From Gemmatimonadales bacterium (GTDB lineage Bacteria; Gemmatimonadota; Gemmatimonadetes; Gemmatimonadales; GWC2-71-9): DNA of 64,000 bases. A program made the position numbers and the translations under genes. Numbering within the stretch: position 1 is the first letter of the stretch; each line of letters opens with the position of its first letter. Shown here piece after piece: positions 35,499 through 44,601 of this stretch. Location: the NCBI GenBank assembly GCA_041613315.1, contig JBFJHJ010000015.1, positions 1,050 to 65,049 on the forward strand, written 5' to 3'. The notes below the pieces were generated by a model. That model did not search any database and had not been told where the DNA came from. It worked only from the letters and a program-made list of their open reading frames with translations.

Positions 35499-36756
35499 GC
35501 GCGACCTCGCGCCAGCCGATATCGTGGCGGAAGACTTTTCCGTCGAATCGGATCGCCTCCGCGAGTCCCCGACTCGCCGCCTGTGCGGCCGGCACGTCGC
35601 GGCCCAGGCCGGTGGCGCAGAGGACCCGCCCGCCAGCGGTCCGGAGGGTGCCTTCCGCGAGTACGGTCCCGGCGTGGAACAGGAGCGTGTCGGGCGGGAG
35701 CGGGTCGGGCAGTCGGATCGCGGTGCCCGTCACCGGTGCGTCAGGGTAGCCGGGCGACGCCAGCACCGTGGTCACTGCCGCGCGGGCGGCGGTGTAGCGT
35801 CCCGTCGTGGGGTGCCACGCCTCTCCCGCTCCGATCGCCCAGAGGTGCTTGGCCAGATCGTCCTCCAGCGCCGGCAGCACCACCTGCGCCTCGGGATCGC
35901 CGAAGCGGCAGTTGAACTCCACCACGGCGGGTGCCCCGTCGTCCCCGATCATGAGGCCGGCGTAGAGGACCCCGCGGTACGGTGCGCCGCGCGCGGTGAG
36001 CTCGCGCAGCGTGGGCACGAGCACCTCCCGCTCGACCCGAGCCAACAGCCGGTCGTCGGCGAGGGCGACCGGCGTATACGCGCCCATCCCCCCCGTGTTG
36101 GGTCCGACGTCGCCCTCGCCGAGCCGTTTGTGATCCTGCGCGGAGGGGAGCAGCACCACTTGCTCGCCGTCGGTCAGGGCGAACACCGACAGCTCCTCTC
36201 CGGTCAGAAACGCTTCCACCACGATCTCGCGTCCGGCATCGCCGAACCGGCCGGCGAACATGGCCCGCACGGTCGTGGCGGCCGCGGCGCGCGTGTCACA
36301 CACGACCGCGCCCTTCCCCCCGGCGAGCCCGGACGCCTTGACCACGAGGGGTTCGGGATGGCGCCCCACGTAGTCGAGGGCGGCGGCCTCGTCGGTGAAG
36401 GTATCGCTGGCCGCGGTGGGCACGCCGGCCGACGCCATGACGGCCTTGGCCCACGCCTTGGACGCCTCGATGCGCGCCGCGGCGGCCGAGGGGCCGAACA
36501 CCGGCTGCCCGGCGGCGGTCAGCGTGTCGGCGAGCCCCGCGGCGAGCGGCGCCTCGGGACCGACGACCACGAGATCGATCTTGTGCTCCCGGACGGCGAG
36601 GCAGAGGCCGGGAACGTCGTCCGGGCGAATGGGGAGGTTGGTGGCGACGGCAGCGGTGCCGGGGTTGCCCGGCGCGCAGTACACGGTCGTCGAAGGGGCG
36701 AGCGCCCAGGCCAGGGCATGCTCACGCCCGCCCCCGCCGACGACCAGAACCTTCAC
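35482..36756 (-). CDS. purD: Phosphoribosylamine--glycine ligase
   Basis: MKVLVVGGGGREHALAWAL N-terminus, ATP-grasp core and the GPNTGGMGAY motif. Confidence 0.95.
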   Translation of the reverse strand: MKVLVVGGGGREHALAWALAPSTTVYCAPGNPGTAAVATNLPIRPDDVPGLCLAVREHKIDLVVVGPEAPLAAGLADTLTAAGQPVFGPSAAAARIEASKAWAKAVMASAGVPTAASDTFTDEAAALDYVGRHPEPLVVKASGLAGGKGAVVCDTRAAAATTVRAMFAGRFGDAGREIVVEAFLTGEELSVFALTDGEQVVLLPSAQDHKRLGEGDVGPNTGGMGAYTPVALADDRLLARVEREVLVPTLRELTARGAPYRGVLYAGLMIGDDGAPAVVEFNCRFGDPEAQVVLPALEDDLAKHLWAIGAGEAWHPTTGRYTAARAAVTTVLASPGYPDAPVTGTAIRLPDPLPPDTLLFHAGTVLAEGTLRTAGGRVLCATGLGRDVPAAQAASRGLAEAIRFDGKVFRHDIGWREVARAGAS

Positions 36757-37796
36757 GACCCGTCGGATTCCTTCCGCGAGGCGTCGCCGCCGGTGCGGAA
36801 CGCATCGGTGAACGCGGTCGCCGCGCGCTTCGCGGCATCGGCTACCGTGGAGACCGCTTGTTTCGCCTCGCGGGCGTAGTGACTGGCCGCTTCGCCGATG
36901 TCCTCGGTGAGCGGCCGTTGGCGCTCCTCGTCGCCGCGGTGGGTGTACTCGCCGCGGATGATGCGATCGTACGCGCCGTCACTCACCCACGCCTGGAGTT
37001 GGCCCGCGCGGAGCGTGTGGAACGGGTGCGACTGGCCCAGGGTGTTGAGGATCTTGTACACCATGTCCATGGCGTCGCCCGACGCCTCGTACTCGCGCGC
37101 CTGCTCCATGAAGCTCTCGAGGTGCATCTGCGCCATGTCTCCGCCGCCGGCGAGCTTCAAGTAGAGCCGCATGGACGCCACGGGGTCCTGGCTCGCCAGC
37201 AGGCCGGCCCGGTCGGCCGACAGCTCGCTCTTCCGAAGCCACTCCAGCAGCGCGAGCTGGATCGGCAGGATCGCGAGGCCCGCGAGGAACGGCAGGTTCC
37301 GAAAGCCCAGGGTCAGGATCAGAATCGCCACCGTGCGGTACAGGGAGTGACCGCTCATCACGTGTCCGAGCTCATGCCCGATCAGCACGCGCAACTCGTC
37401 GTCGTCCAGCAACCCCACGGCACCGGAATTGAGGAGGATGAACGGGTGGTCCACGCCCACGGCGCCCGCGTTCACGATCGGCGTTTGGGTCACGAACAGC
37501 TCTGGCTGCTCGGGCCAATCCATGGTGGTGGTGACCTCCGTGAGGAGGCTGTGCAGCTTCGGGAACTGCCTGGGCCCGACCCGCACGGCGTTGGCCTGGA
37601 AGTAGAGCCGGATGCCGCGCTCGCCGAAGAAGCCGACAATCTTCTTCACGAGCTCGTTGAACCCGGGGATGGCGCGCAGCGTCTGCAGTGCCGCGCGGTC
37701 GGCGGGGTGTTCCCAGCTCACGGCGGAGATGTTGCGAAGCACCGTGCGCGAGCGGTCTGCGGGAACGCCGGACGTACCGGTCATAGCTGCCTCCAA
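36753..37796 (-). CDS. M48-family zinc metallopeptidase
   Basis: HELGHVMSGH (HExxH) followed by hydrophobic helices and a SELSADRAG motif. 4-nt overlap with the purD start. Confidence 0.8.
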   Translation of the reverse strand: MEAAMTGTSGVPADRSRTVLRNISAVSWEHPADRAALQTLRAIPGFNELVKKIVGFFGERGIRLYFQANAVRVGPRQFPKLHSLLTEVTTTMDWPEQPELFVTQTPIVNAGAVGVDHPFILLNSGAVGLLDDDELRVLIGHELGHVMSGHSLYRTVAILILTLGFRNLPFLAGLAILPIQLALLEWLRKSELSADRAGLLASQDPVASMRLYLKLAGGGDMAQMHLESFMEQAREYEASGDAMDMVYKILNTLGQSHPFHTLRAGQLQAWVSDGAYDRIIRGEYTHRGDEERQRPLTEDIGEAASHYAREAKQAVSTVADAAKRAATAFTDAFRTGGDASRKESDGS

Positions 37797-37867
37797 CTAT
37801 CGAATATAAGGATTACGGCAACGCTGGAGACCGTACGGCCGTGCGGCGCGTCGGTTTCATCCGTGGT

Positions 37868-39046
37868 TCACGCCCGCAGCGCGGCGGCCAGCGCTTGGTC
37901 CAAGTCCGCCAACAGGTCCTCCGGGTCTTCGATCCCCACCGACAGCCGCACCAGGCTGTCAGTGAGCCCCATCGCGTGGCGCATGGCCGGCGGCACGCTG
38001 GCGTGCGTCATGGATGCCGGGTGGCCGATGAGGCTCTCGACACCGCCCAACGATTCGGCCAGCGCGAAGATCCGGACCCGCTCCACCAGGGCGCGCGCGC
38101 GCGCCTCGGAGCCCAACTCGAGCGAAATCATGCCGCCGAAGCCATTCATCTGGCGGCAGGCCAGCTCGTGCTGCTCATGGCTCGGGAGGCCGGGATAGTA
38201 GATCCGCTCGACGGACGGGTGGCGTTCGAGCCACTCGGCGAGGCGGCGGCCCGCCCGATCGTGCTGGGCCATCCGGAGCGCGAGGGTCTTGGTGCCGCGC
38301 AGGGCGAGCCAGCAGTCGAGCGGTCCCGGGACGGCGCCGGCGGCGTTCTGGAGGAAGCCGAGACGCTCGGCGAGATCGTCCCGACTCGTCACCACGATCC
38401 CGCCCACCATGTCGCTGTGGCCGTTCAGGTACTTCGTGGTCGAGTGGACCACGATCTCGGCGCCGAACTCGATGGGTCGCTGGAAGACCGGGGTTGCGAA
38501 GGTGTTGTCCACGGCCAGCGGCACTCCACGGGCTTTGGTCAGCGCGCCAACGGCCGATAAATCTGTAAGACGCATCATCGGGTTCGTGGGGGTCTCCACG
38601 AAGACGAGTCGCGTGGCCGGGGTGAGGGCTGCCTCGACCCGATCGGGGTCCCGGGTGTCCACGAACGTGAACGTGAGCCCCCGACGCGCGAACACCTGCG
38701 TCATCAGCCGATGGGTGCCGCCGTAGAGGTTCTCGCCCGCCACCACGTGGTCGCCGGCGGCGAGGAGGGAGAGCACCGCGTCGGTCGCGGCGAGTCCGGA
38801 CGCGAAGGCGAACCCGTGCGGCGCGCTCTCCAGGGCCGCGACATTGCGCTCCAGCGCGTCCCGAGTGGGATTGCGCGTTCGGGCGTACTCGAACCCTTTG
38901 TGCCGACCGAGCGCCGGCTGGACATAGGTCGAGGTCTGGTAGATCGGCACCATGATGGCGCCGGTCTCCGCGTCAGGTCGCTGGCCGGCATGAACCGCCC
39001 GGGTGGCGAGCCGAGTCGACAGGTCGTCGTCGAAGATTCGGGTCAT
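37868..39046 (-). CDS. PLP-dependent trans-sulfuration enzyme (cystathionine gamma-synthase/beta-lyase/methionine gamma-lyase family)
   Basis: TRAVHAG...PIYQTSTY N-terminus and the PLP-lysine motif STTKYLNGHSD. Start taken at MTRIFDD (39046). Confidence 0.85.
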   Translation of the reverse strand: MTRIFDDDLSTRLATRAVHAGQRPDAETGAIMVPIYQTSTYVQPALGRHKGFEYARTRNPTRDALERNVAALESAPHGFAFASGLAATDAVLSLLAAGDHVVAGENLYGGTHRLMTQVFARRGLTFTFVDTRDPDRVEAALTPATRLVFVETPTNPMMRLTDLSAVGALTKARGVPLAVDNTFATPVFQRPIEFGAEIVVHSTTKYLNGHSDMVGGIVVTSRDDLAERLGFLQNAAGAVPGPLDCWLALRGTKTLALRMAQHDRAGRRLAEWLERHPSVERIYYPGLPSHEQHELACRQMNGFGGMISLELGSEARARALVERVRIFALAESLGGVESLIGHPASMTHASVPPAMRHAMGLTDSLVRLSVGIEDPEDLLADLDQALAAALRA

Positions 39047-39176
39047 CGAGAGCCCTTGGGGCGGCGGACCCGGAACGTACTCGTTTCGGTCCTTGTTCGG
39101 CAACCGACGCGGCGTGCCGAGGACTCACGTCGCGGAGTTGATGCGCCATCGGGCAACCCGTACGTTTGCTGAGATC

Positions 39177-40274
39177 ATGACCACTGCACGGATCACCTGT
39201 CTGGTCGTGGACGATGAAGCGTCGCTCCGACGCTCACTCGTCCGCGTGCTCGAGCAGACGGGCTATACCTGCCTACAGGCCGGGTCGGGCGTGGAGGCCG
39301 TGGCGATGCTGGAGCAGGCGCAGCCCGACCTCGTCATCTCCGATCTCCAGATGCCGGAGATGGATGGGTTCGAGCTCCTGCGGGTGGTTGGGGTGCGTTG
39401 GCCCGACATCGCATTCGTGGTGGTCACGGCGCTGACCGAGGTCGAGATGGCGGTCTCGTGCCTCCAGAAGGGCGCCATGGACTACATCACGAAGCCCTTT
39501 CAGATCGGAGAAGTGCGGGCGCGGATCCGTCAGGCGCTCGAGAAGCGCCGCCTGCTGAGCGAGAATCGGCGCTACCAGCTGCACCTCGCCGACCTGGTGC
39601 GCCAGCAGGCGTCCCGGATCGAAGAGCTGTTCCTGGAAGGCGTCCAGACCCTCGTCGAAGCCCTGGAAGCCAAGGACGCCTACACGCGCGGCCATTCGTC
39701 CCGCGTCAGCGCCTATGCCGGCCGGACCGCGCAGATGCTCAGTCTCGGCGACCGGGACCAGCAACTCATCGAGCTGGGCGCCGAGCTGCACGACGTGGGC
39801 AAGATCGGCGTTCGGGAGTCGGTCCTCCTCAAACCCGGCCCCCTCACGGTGAGCGAATACCGGCACCTCATGGAGCACACGGTGATCGGGGCGCACATCC
39901 TCGAGCCGCTCCTCAAGAACGCGCCGGAAGCGCTCGCGATCGTCCGGTCGCATCACGAGCGAGTGGATGGGCAGGGCTTTCCCGACGGGCTGAAAGGGGG
40001 GGAGATCCCGTTGCCGGCCCGCGTGGTGGCGGTCTGCGATGCCTTCGACGCCATGACCTCCGGGCGCCCCTACCGGCCTGCCATGACGGTATCCGACGCC
40101 CTGGCCGAGCTGTTGAGCCTGCGGGGCGTCCAGTTTGACGCGGACGTGGTGGCGGCGTTCGTGTCCGCGTATCCCGATCCTTCCCAGGTCCCGATCCCGA
40201 CGCCGCAGAAGGTGCGGCGCCGGATCCCCGGCGGGATCGCCGGGACGGGCGTGCCCGCGTCCATCCTCGATTAG
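39177..40274 (+). CDS. Response regulator with HD-GYP-type phosphohydrolase output (putative cyclic-di-GMP phosphodiesterase)
   Basis: REC: LVVDDE...DLVISDLQMPEMDG...KP. HD-GYP: HSSRV...LHDVGKI...HHERVDGQGFPDGL (GFP variant of GYP). ATG at 39177. Confidence 0.85.
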   Translation: MTTARITCLVVDDEASLRRSLVRVLEQTGYTCLQAGSGVEAVAMLEQAQPDLVISDLQMPEMDGFELLRVVGVRWPDIAFVVVTALTEVEMAVSCLQKGAMDYITKPFQIGEVRARIRQALEKRRLLSENRRYQLHLADLVRQQASRIEELFLEGVQTLVEALEAKDAYTRGHSSRVSAYAGRTAQMLSLGDRDQQLIELGAELHDVGKIGVRESVLLKPGPLTVSEYRHLMEHTVIGAHILEPLLKNAPEALAIVRSHHERVDGQGFPDGLKGGEIPLPARVVAVCDAFDAMTSGRPYRPAMTVSDALAELLSLRGVQFDADVVAAFVSAYPDPSQVPIPTPQKVRRRIPGGIAGTGVPASILD

Positions 40275-40285
40275 CTTTCTCCGTC

Positions 40286-41677
40286 ATGAGCAGCACCTTG
40301 ATGAAGGGGGTGTCGGGGGTGCGCGGGCTGGTGGGCACCGACCTGACCCCCGAGGTCGTCGCGCGCTACGCCGCGGCGTTCGGGCGGCTGGCCCGCGAGC
40401 GCGGCGGCACGTCGGTGGTGCTGGCCCGCGACTCCCGCAGCTCCGGACCGATCCTGGCCGCGGCCGTGCAAGAGGGGTTGCACCGGGCGGGTCTCCGGGT
40501 CATCGACTGCGGTCTCGTCGCCACCCCGACCGCCCAGCTCGCCGTCGAGCATCACGGTGCGGCCGGCGGCATTATCGTGACGGCGAGTCACAATCCGATC
40601 GAGTGGAACGCCCTGAAGTTCGTGGGGCCGGATGGGCTGTTTCTCGAGCGCGAGGCCGCCCGGCGGCTGTTCGCGATGGTGGACGGCGCCGACCCGTCGA
40701 GGGAAGACGAGACCGCCGAAGGCACCGCTCCGCCGACCCGTTCCGGCAGCCCCATGTACGACCGGGACGCCGTCGAGCGGCACCTCCGCGCGATTCTGGA
40801 ACTCGAGGTGCTCGACGTGCGGGCCGTTCGCCGGGGGCACTTCACCGTGGCGCTCGACTGCGTCCGGGGGGCCGGAGGCACCATCATGCCGCGCCTGCTC
40901 GAGCGGCTCGGGTGCCGCGTTGCGGGGATGGACGTGGAGACGGACGGGCGCTTCCCGCGCCCGCCAGAACCGATCCCCGAGAACCTCACGGCGCTGGGGA
41001 ACCTCGTGCGGGAGTCGGGAGCCGCGCTCGGGATGGCGGTCGATCCCGACGTCGACCGCCTCGCCCTGGTGGACGAGACGGGCCGCCCGATCGGCGAGGA
41101 CTACACCCTGGCGTTCGCGGTCCGGACGGTGTTGGAGCGGCGGCACGGTCCGGTGGCGATCAACGTCTCCACGTCGCTGGTGGTGGAGGACGCGGCTCGG
41201 GCGTTCGGGGCGACGGTGGTGCGGGCGCCCGTGGGCGAAGCGAACGTGGCGCGGGCCATGCAGCGCTGCGGCGCCGTGATCGGGGGGGAGGGGAACGGTG
41301 GGGTGATGCTGCCGGATCTGCACCTTGGCCGGGACGCCCCGCTGGCTGCGGCGCTGGTGTTGGATCTGTTGGCCCGGAGCGGGTCGAGCGTGGCGGGCCT
41401 CGTGTCCTCGGCGCCGCGCTATGTGATCGTCAAGGCCAAGGCGCCCCTGGGCGGGGATCTCGCGGCGGTCTACGCGGCGCTGGGCCGGCGATTCAGCGAC
41501 GCGGTGGCGGACGGGAGCGACGGACTCCGGCTCGCGTGGCCCGACCGGTGGCTGCACGTCCGGCCGTCCGGGACCGAGCCGGTGGTGCGCCTGATCGCCG
41601 AGGCGCCGGATGCCGAGTCTACCGAGGCCCTGGTGGCGGCTGGCAGGACCATTCTCGAACAGGAGCGGGCGGCCTGA
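40286..41677 (+). CDS. glmM: Alpha-D-phosphohexomutase, probable phosphoglucosamine mutase
   Basis: Active-site TASHNP, metal loop DPDVDR and sugar-binding GEGNGG. Its stop overlaps the glmS ATG by 1 nt (TGATG). Confidence 0.75.
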   Translation: MSSTLMKGVSGVRGLVGTDLTPEVVARYAAAFGRLARERGGTSVVLARDSRSSGPILAAAVQEGLHRAGLRVIDCGLVATPTAQLAVEHHGAAGGIIVTASHNPIEWNALKFVGPDGLFLEREAARRLFAMVDGADPSREDETAEGTAPPTRSGSPMYDRDAVERHLRAILELEVLDVRAVRRGHFTVALDCVRGAGGTIMPRLLERLGCRVAGMDVETDGRFPRPPEPIPENLTALGNLVRESGAALGMAVDPDVDRLALVDETGRPIGEDYTLAFAVRTVLERRHGPVAINVSTSLVVEDAARAFGATVVRAPVGEANVARAMQRCGAVIGGEGNGGVMLPDLHLGRDAPLAAALVLDLLARSGSSVAGLVSSAPRYVIVKAKAPLGGDLAAVYAALGRRFSDAVADGSDGLRLAWPDRWLHVRPSGTEPVVRLIAEAPDAESTEALVAAGRTILEQERAA

Positions 41678-43503
41678 TGTGTGGGATCGTCGGTTATGTG
41701 GGGAAGCGAGACGCGGCGCCGCTCCTTCTCGACGCACTCAAGCGGCTCGAGTACCGCGGCTACGATTCGGCGGGGCTGGCGGTCTTGGACGGCGGTCAGC
41801 TCGTGATCGAGAAAGCGGCGGGACGCCTCTCGGACCTCCAGGCGCACCTCGAGGGGCGCCTTCCCCGAGGGCGCGCCGGGCTGGGGCACACGCGCTGGGC
41901 GACGCACGGCGTGCCCAACGAAACGAACGCGCACCCCCACACCGACTGCGGCGGCCGCATCGCGCTGGTGCACAACGGCATCATCGAGAATGCCGCCGCG
42001 CTGCGGGAGGTGCTCGCGAGTCGGGGGCACGCGTTCCGCTCCGAGACCGACACCGAAGTGCTGGCCCACCTCATCGAGCAGTTCTACGACGCATCGCTGG
42101 AGCAAGCGGTGGTGGCTGCGCTGCGCGAAGTGGAGGGTGCGTACGGCATCGCCGTCATCTCGACCGCCGAGCCGGGCGTCATGGTCGCCGCGCGGTATGG
42201 CTCGCCGCTGCTCGTCGGTCTCGGCGACGGGGAGAACTTCGTGGCCTCCGACGGCTCGGCGGTCCTGGAGCACACCCGGTCGGTGGTGTACCTCGACGAC
42301 GGCGAGATCGCGGTCGTGCGGCCGGAGGGCTATCACATCGTGGACCTGGAGACCACGCGGATCGAGAAGCTCGTCAGCACGCTGGAGTGGGACCTGGGGA
42401 AGATCGAACGGGGCGGTTTCTCGCATTTCATGTTCAAGGAGATCATGGAGCAGCCGGAGAGCTTGCGGAACACGCTCCGGGGCCGGCTGCTCGAGGAGGA
42501 GGGCACCGCGAGGCTCGGTGGGATCAACATGTCGGACGACGACCTGCTCGCCGTGGATCGGGTGGTGATCACGGGGTGCGGCACGTCGTGGCACGCCGGG
42601 CTGATCGGCGAGTACATGCTCGAGGAGCTGGCGCGCGTCCCTGTGGAGGTGGAATACGCCTCCGAGTTCCGCTATCACAATCCCATCGTGGACGAGCGCA
42701 CCCTGGTCGTCGGCATCTCGCAGAGCGGCGAGACGGCCGATACCCTGGCGGCGCTGCGGGAAGCGAAGCAGCGTGGCGCCCGGACGTTGGGGTTGGTGAA
42801 CGTCGTGGGGAGCACGATCGCCCGGGAAGTGGACGGCGGGATCTACCTTCACGCGGGCCCGGAGATCGGCGTCGCCAGCACCAAGGCGTTCACCTGTCAG
42901 GTCGCGGCGCTGGCGCTCCTCACGTTGCGGATGGGTCGCCTGCGATCACTCTCGGTGCTGCAGGGTCGGGAGATCGTGCGTGCGCTCTCCCGCATCCCGG
43001 CCCAGGTGGGGGCGGCGCTCGAGCGTGCGCCGGAGGTGGAGCGGCTCGCCGAGTCCTTCATGCGCTCGTCGAATGCGCTCTACCTCGGGCGCGGGTACAA
43101 TTTCCCGGTGGCGCTCGAGGGTGCCCTCAAGCTCAAGGAGATCTCCTACATCCACGCCGAGGGGTACGCGGCCGCGGAGATGAAACACGGCCCGATCGCG
43201 CTGATCGACGACATGATGCCCGTGGTGTTCATCGCGCCGCGGGACGGCGTCTATCAGAAGATCTTGAGCAACATCGAGGAAGTGAAAGCGCGCCGCGGCC
43301 GCGTGCTGGCGGTGGTCACCGAGGGTGACAAACGCATCGCGGAGCTCGCGGATCACGTCATCACGATCCCCGAGACCATTGATCCCCTGACGCCGATCCT
43401 GAGCGTCATTCCTCTCCAACTCTTCGCGTACTACATCGCCGTTCGCCGCGGCTGCGACGTTGATCGGCCGAGGAACCTCGCCAAGTCCGTGACGGTGGAG
43501 TGA
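41677..43503 (+). CDS. glmS: Glutamine--fructose-6-phosphate aminotransferase
   Basis: MCGIVGY N-terminal nucleophile, two SIS domains and C-terminal ...[10 protein letters not shown]. 608 aa when started at 41677. Confidence 0.95.
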   Translation: MCGIVGYVGKRDAAPLLLDALKRLEYRGYDSAGLAVLDGGQLVIEKAAGRLSDLQAHLEGRLPRGRAGLGHTRWATHGVPNETNAHPHTDCGGRIALVHNGIIENAAALREVLASRGHAFRSETDTEVLAHLIEQFYDASLEQAVVAALREVEGAYGIAVISTAEPGVMVAARYGSPLLVGLGDGENFVASDGSAVLEHTRSVVYLDDGEIAVVRPEGYHIVDLETTRIEKLVSTLEWDLGKIERGGFSHFMFKEIMEQPESLRNTLRGRLLEEEGTARLGGINMSDDDLLAVDRVVITGCGTSWHAGLIGEYMLEELARVPVEVEYASEFRYHNPIVDERTLVVGISQSGETADTLAALREAKQRGARTLGLVNVVGSTIAREVDGGIYLHAGPEIGVASTKAFTCQVAALALLTLRMGRLRSLSVLQGREIVRALSRIPAQVGAALERAPEVERLAESFMRSSNALYLGRGYNFPVALEGALKLKEISYIHAEGYAAAEMKHGPIALIDDMMPVVFIAPRDGVYQKILSNIEEVKARRGRVLAVVTEGDKRIAELADHVITIPETIDPLTPILSVIPLQLFAYYIAVRRGCDVDRPRNLAKSVTVE

Positions 43504-43594
43504 CGGGAAGGACGGAACGGGCGGTAGGGGCGGCAACGGTGTGGTCGCGTCGACCCACCCGCCCCGACCGCTGGGCGATGAGGAATGCGGGGCG

Positions 43595-44032
43595 ATGCGC
43601 GTAGCCCTCCAGCGCGTGTCCGAAGCATCCGTGACGATTGACGAACGCGTCGTCGGGGCGATCGGGCGCGGCTTCCTGGTGCTCGTGGGATTCACCCACA
43701 CGGACGGCGACGAGCAGATCGCCTGGATGGTCGAGAAGATCCGCGGTCTCCGACTGTTCCCGGATGACGCGGGCAAGATGAACCGCAGTCTGGAGGAGGT
43801 CGGGGGCAGCCTGCTCGTGGTCTCGCAGTTCACCCTCTACGGCGACGCGCGCAAGGGACGGCGACCGTCGTTCATCGACGCCGCGCCGCCGGAGCAGGCT
43901 GAGCCGCTCTACGAGCGTTTCGTGGCCGCGTGTCGCGAGCGAGGCCTGACGGTGGCGACCGGTGCGTTCGGCGCCATGATGCAGGTGGCGCTGGTGAACG
44001 ACGGCCCGGTGACGCTGACGCTCGAGCGATGA
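43595..44032 (+). CDS. dtd: D-aminoacyl-tRNA deacylase
   Basis: MRVALQRV...VSQFTLYGD...GRRPSF motifs. Confidence 0.9.
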   Translation: MRVALQRVSEASVTIDERVVGAIGRGFLVLVGFTHTDGDEQIAWMVEKIRGLRLFPDDAGKMNRSLEEVGGSLLVVSQFTLYGDARKGRRPSFIDAAPPEQAEPLYERFVAACRERGLTVATGAFGAMMQVALVNDGPVTLTLER

Positions 44033-44601
44033 TCGTCCTCGCCTCCGGTTCCCCGCGGCGGCATGAGCTTCTGGAGCTGGTCGGGATCCCTCACGTCGTG
44101 GACCCGCCGAACGTGCCCGAGCGGCCGGAGCCGGGTGAACTGCCCCAGTCCATGGCGGTGCGCCTGGCGCGAGAGAAGGCTGAGGCGGTGGCGCGGCGCC
44201 GCCCCGGGGCGCCCGTGTTGGCGGCGGACACGGTGGTCGTCTTGGGTGACGAGATGCTCGGCAAGCCGGCCTCGCCGGCCGACGCCGAGCGTATGCTTGC
44301 ACGCCTCTCGGGGCGAGAGCACCGCGTCATCACCGCCGTGGCGCTTCTCGTGGACGATCACGTCGAGGAGCGGTGCGACGTGACCCGTGTGTGGTTCCGC
44401 CCACTGTCGCCGGAGCAGATCCGGGAGTACGTCGCGACCGAAGAGCCCCTCGACAAGGCCGGGAGCTATGGCGTGCAGGGGTACGGCGCGGTGTTGGTGG
44501 AGCGGATCGAGGGCGACTTCTTCGGGGTGATGGGCCTGCCGCTCCGGCTGGTGGTGGAGCTGATGGAGCGCGCCGGTCTCCCTTACCGCTTCACGCTGTA
44601 G
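44029..44601 (+). CDS. maf: Maf-family nucleoside triphosphate pyrophosphatase
   Basis: LASGSPRR N-terminus and [10 protein letters not shown] motif. ATGA overlap with the dtd stop. Confidence 0.9.
   Translation: MIVLASGSPRRHELLELVGIPHVVDPPNVPERPEPGELPQSMAVRLAREKAEAVARRRPGAPVLAADTVVVLGDEMLGKPASPADAERMLARLSGREHRVITAVALLVDDHVEERCDVTRVWFRPLSPEQIREYVATEEPLDKAGSYGVQGYGAVLVERIEGDFFGVMGLPLRLVVELMERAGLPYRFTL

Noticed and set aside
40275-41680. glmS ribozyme upstream of glmS
   Set aside because: The glmS start overlaps the glmM stop by 1 nt and glmM starts 11 nt after the previous gene. There is no room for a ~170-nt ribozyme.
40135-43503. 1122-aa ORF that looks like a giant fusion protein ending in GlmS
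   Set aside because: The first ~514 codons are Arg/Gly/Pro-rich and run out of frame across the HD-GYP and glmM genes, which both have clear motifs. GlmS begins with its obligatory MCGIVGY at 41677.
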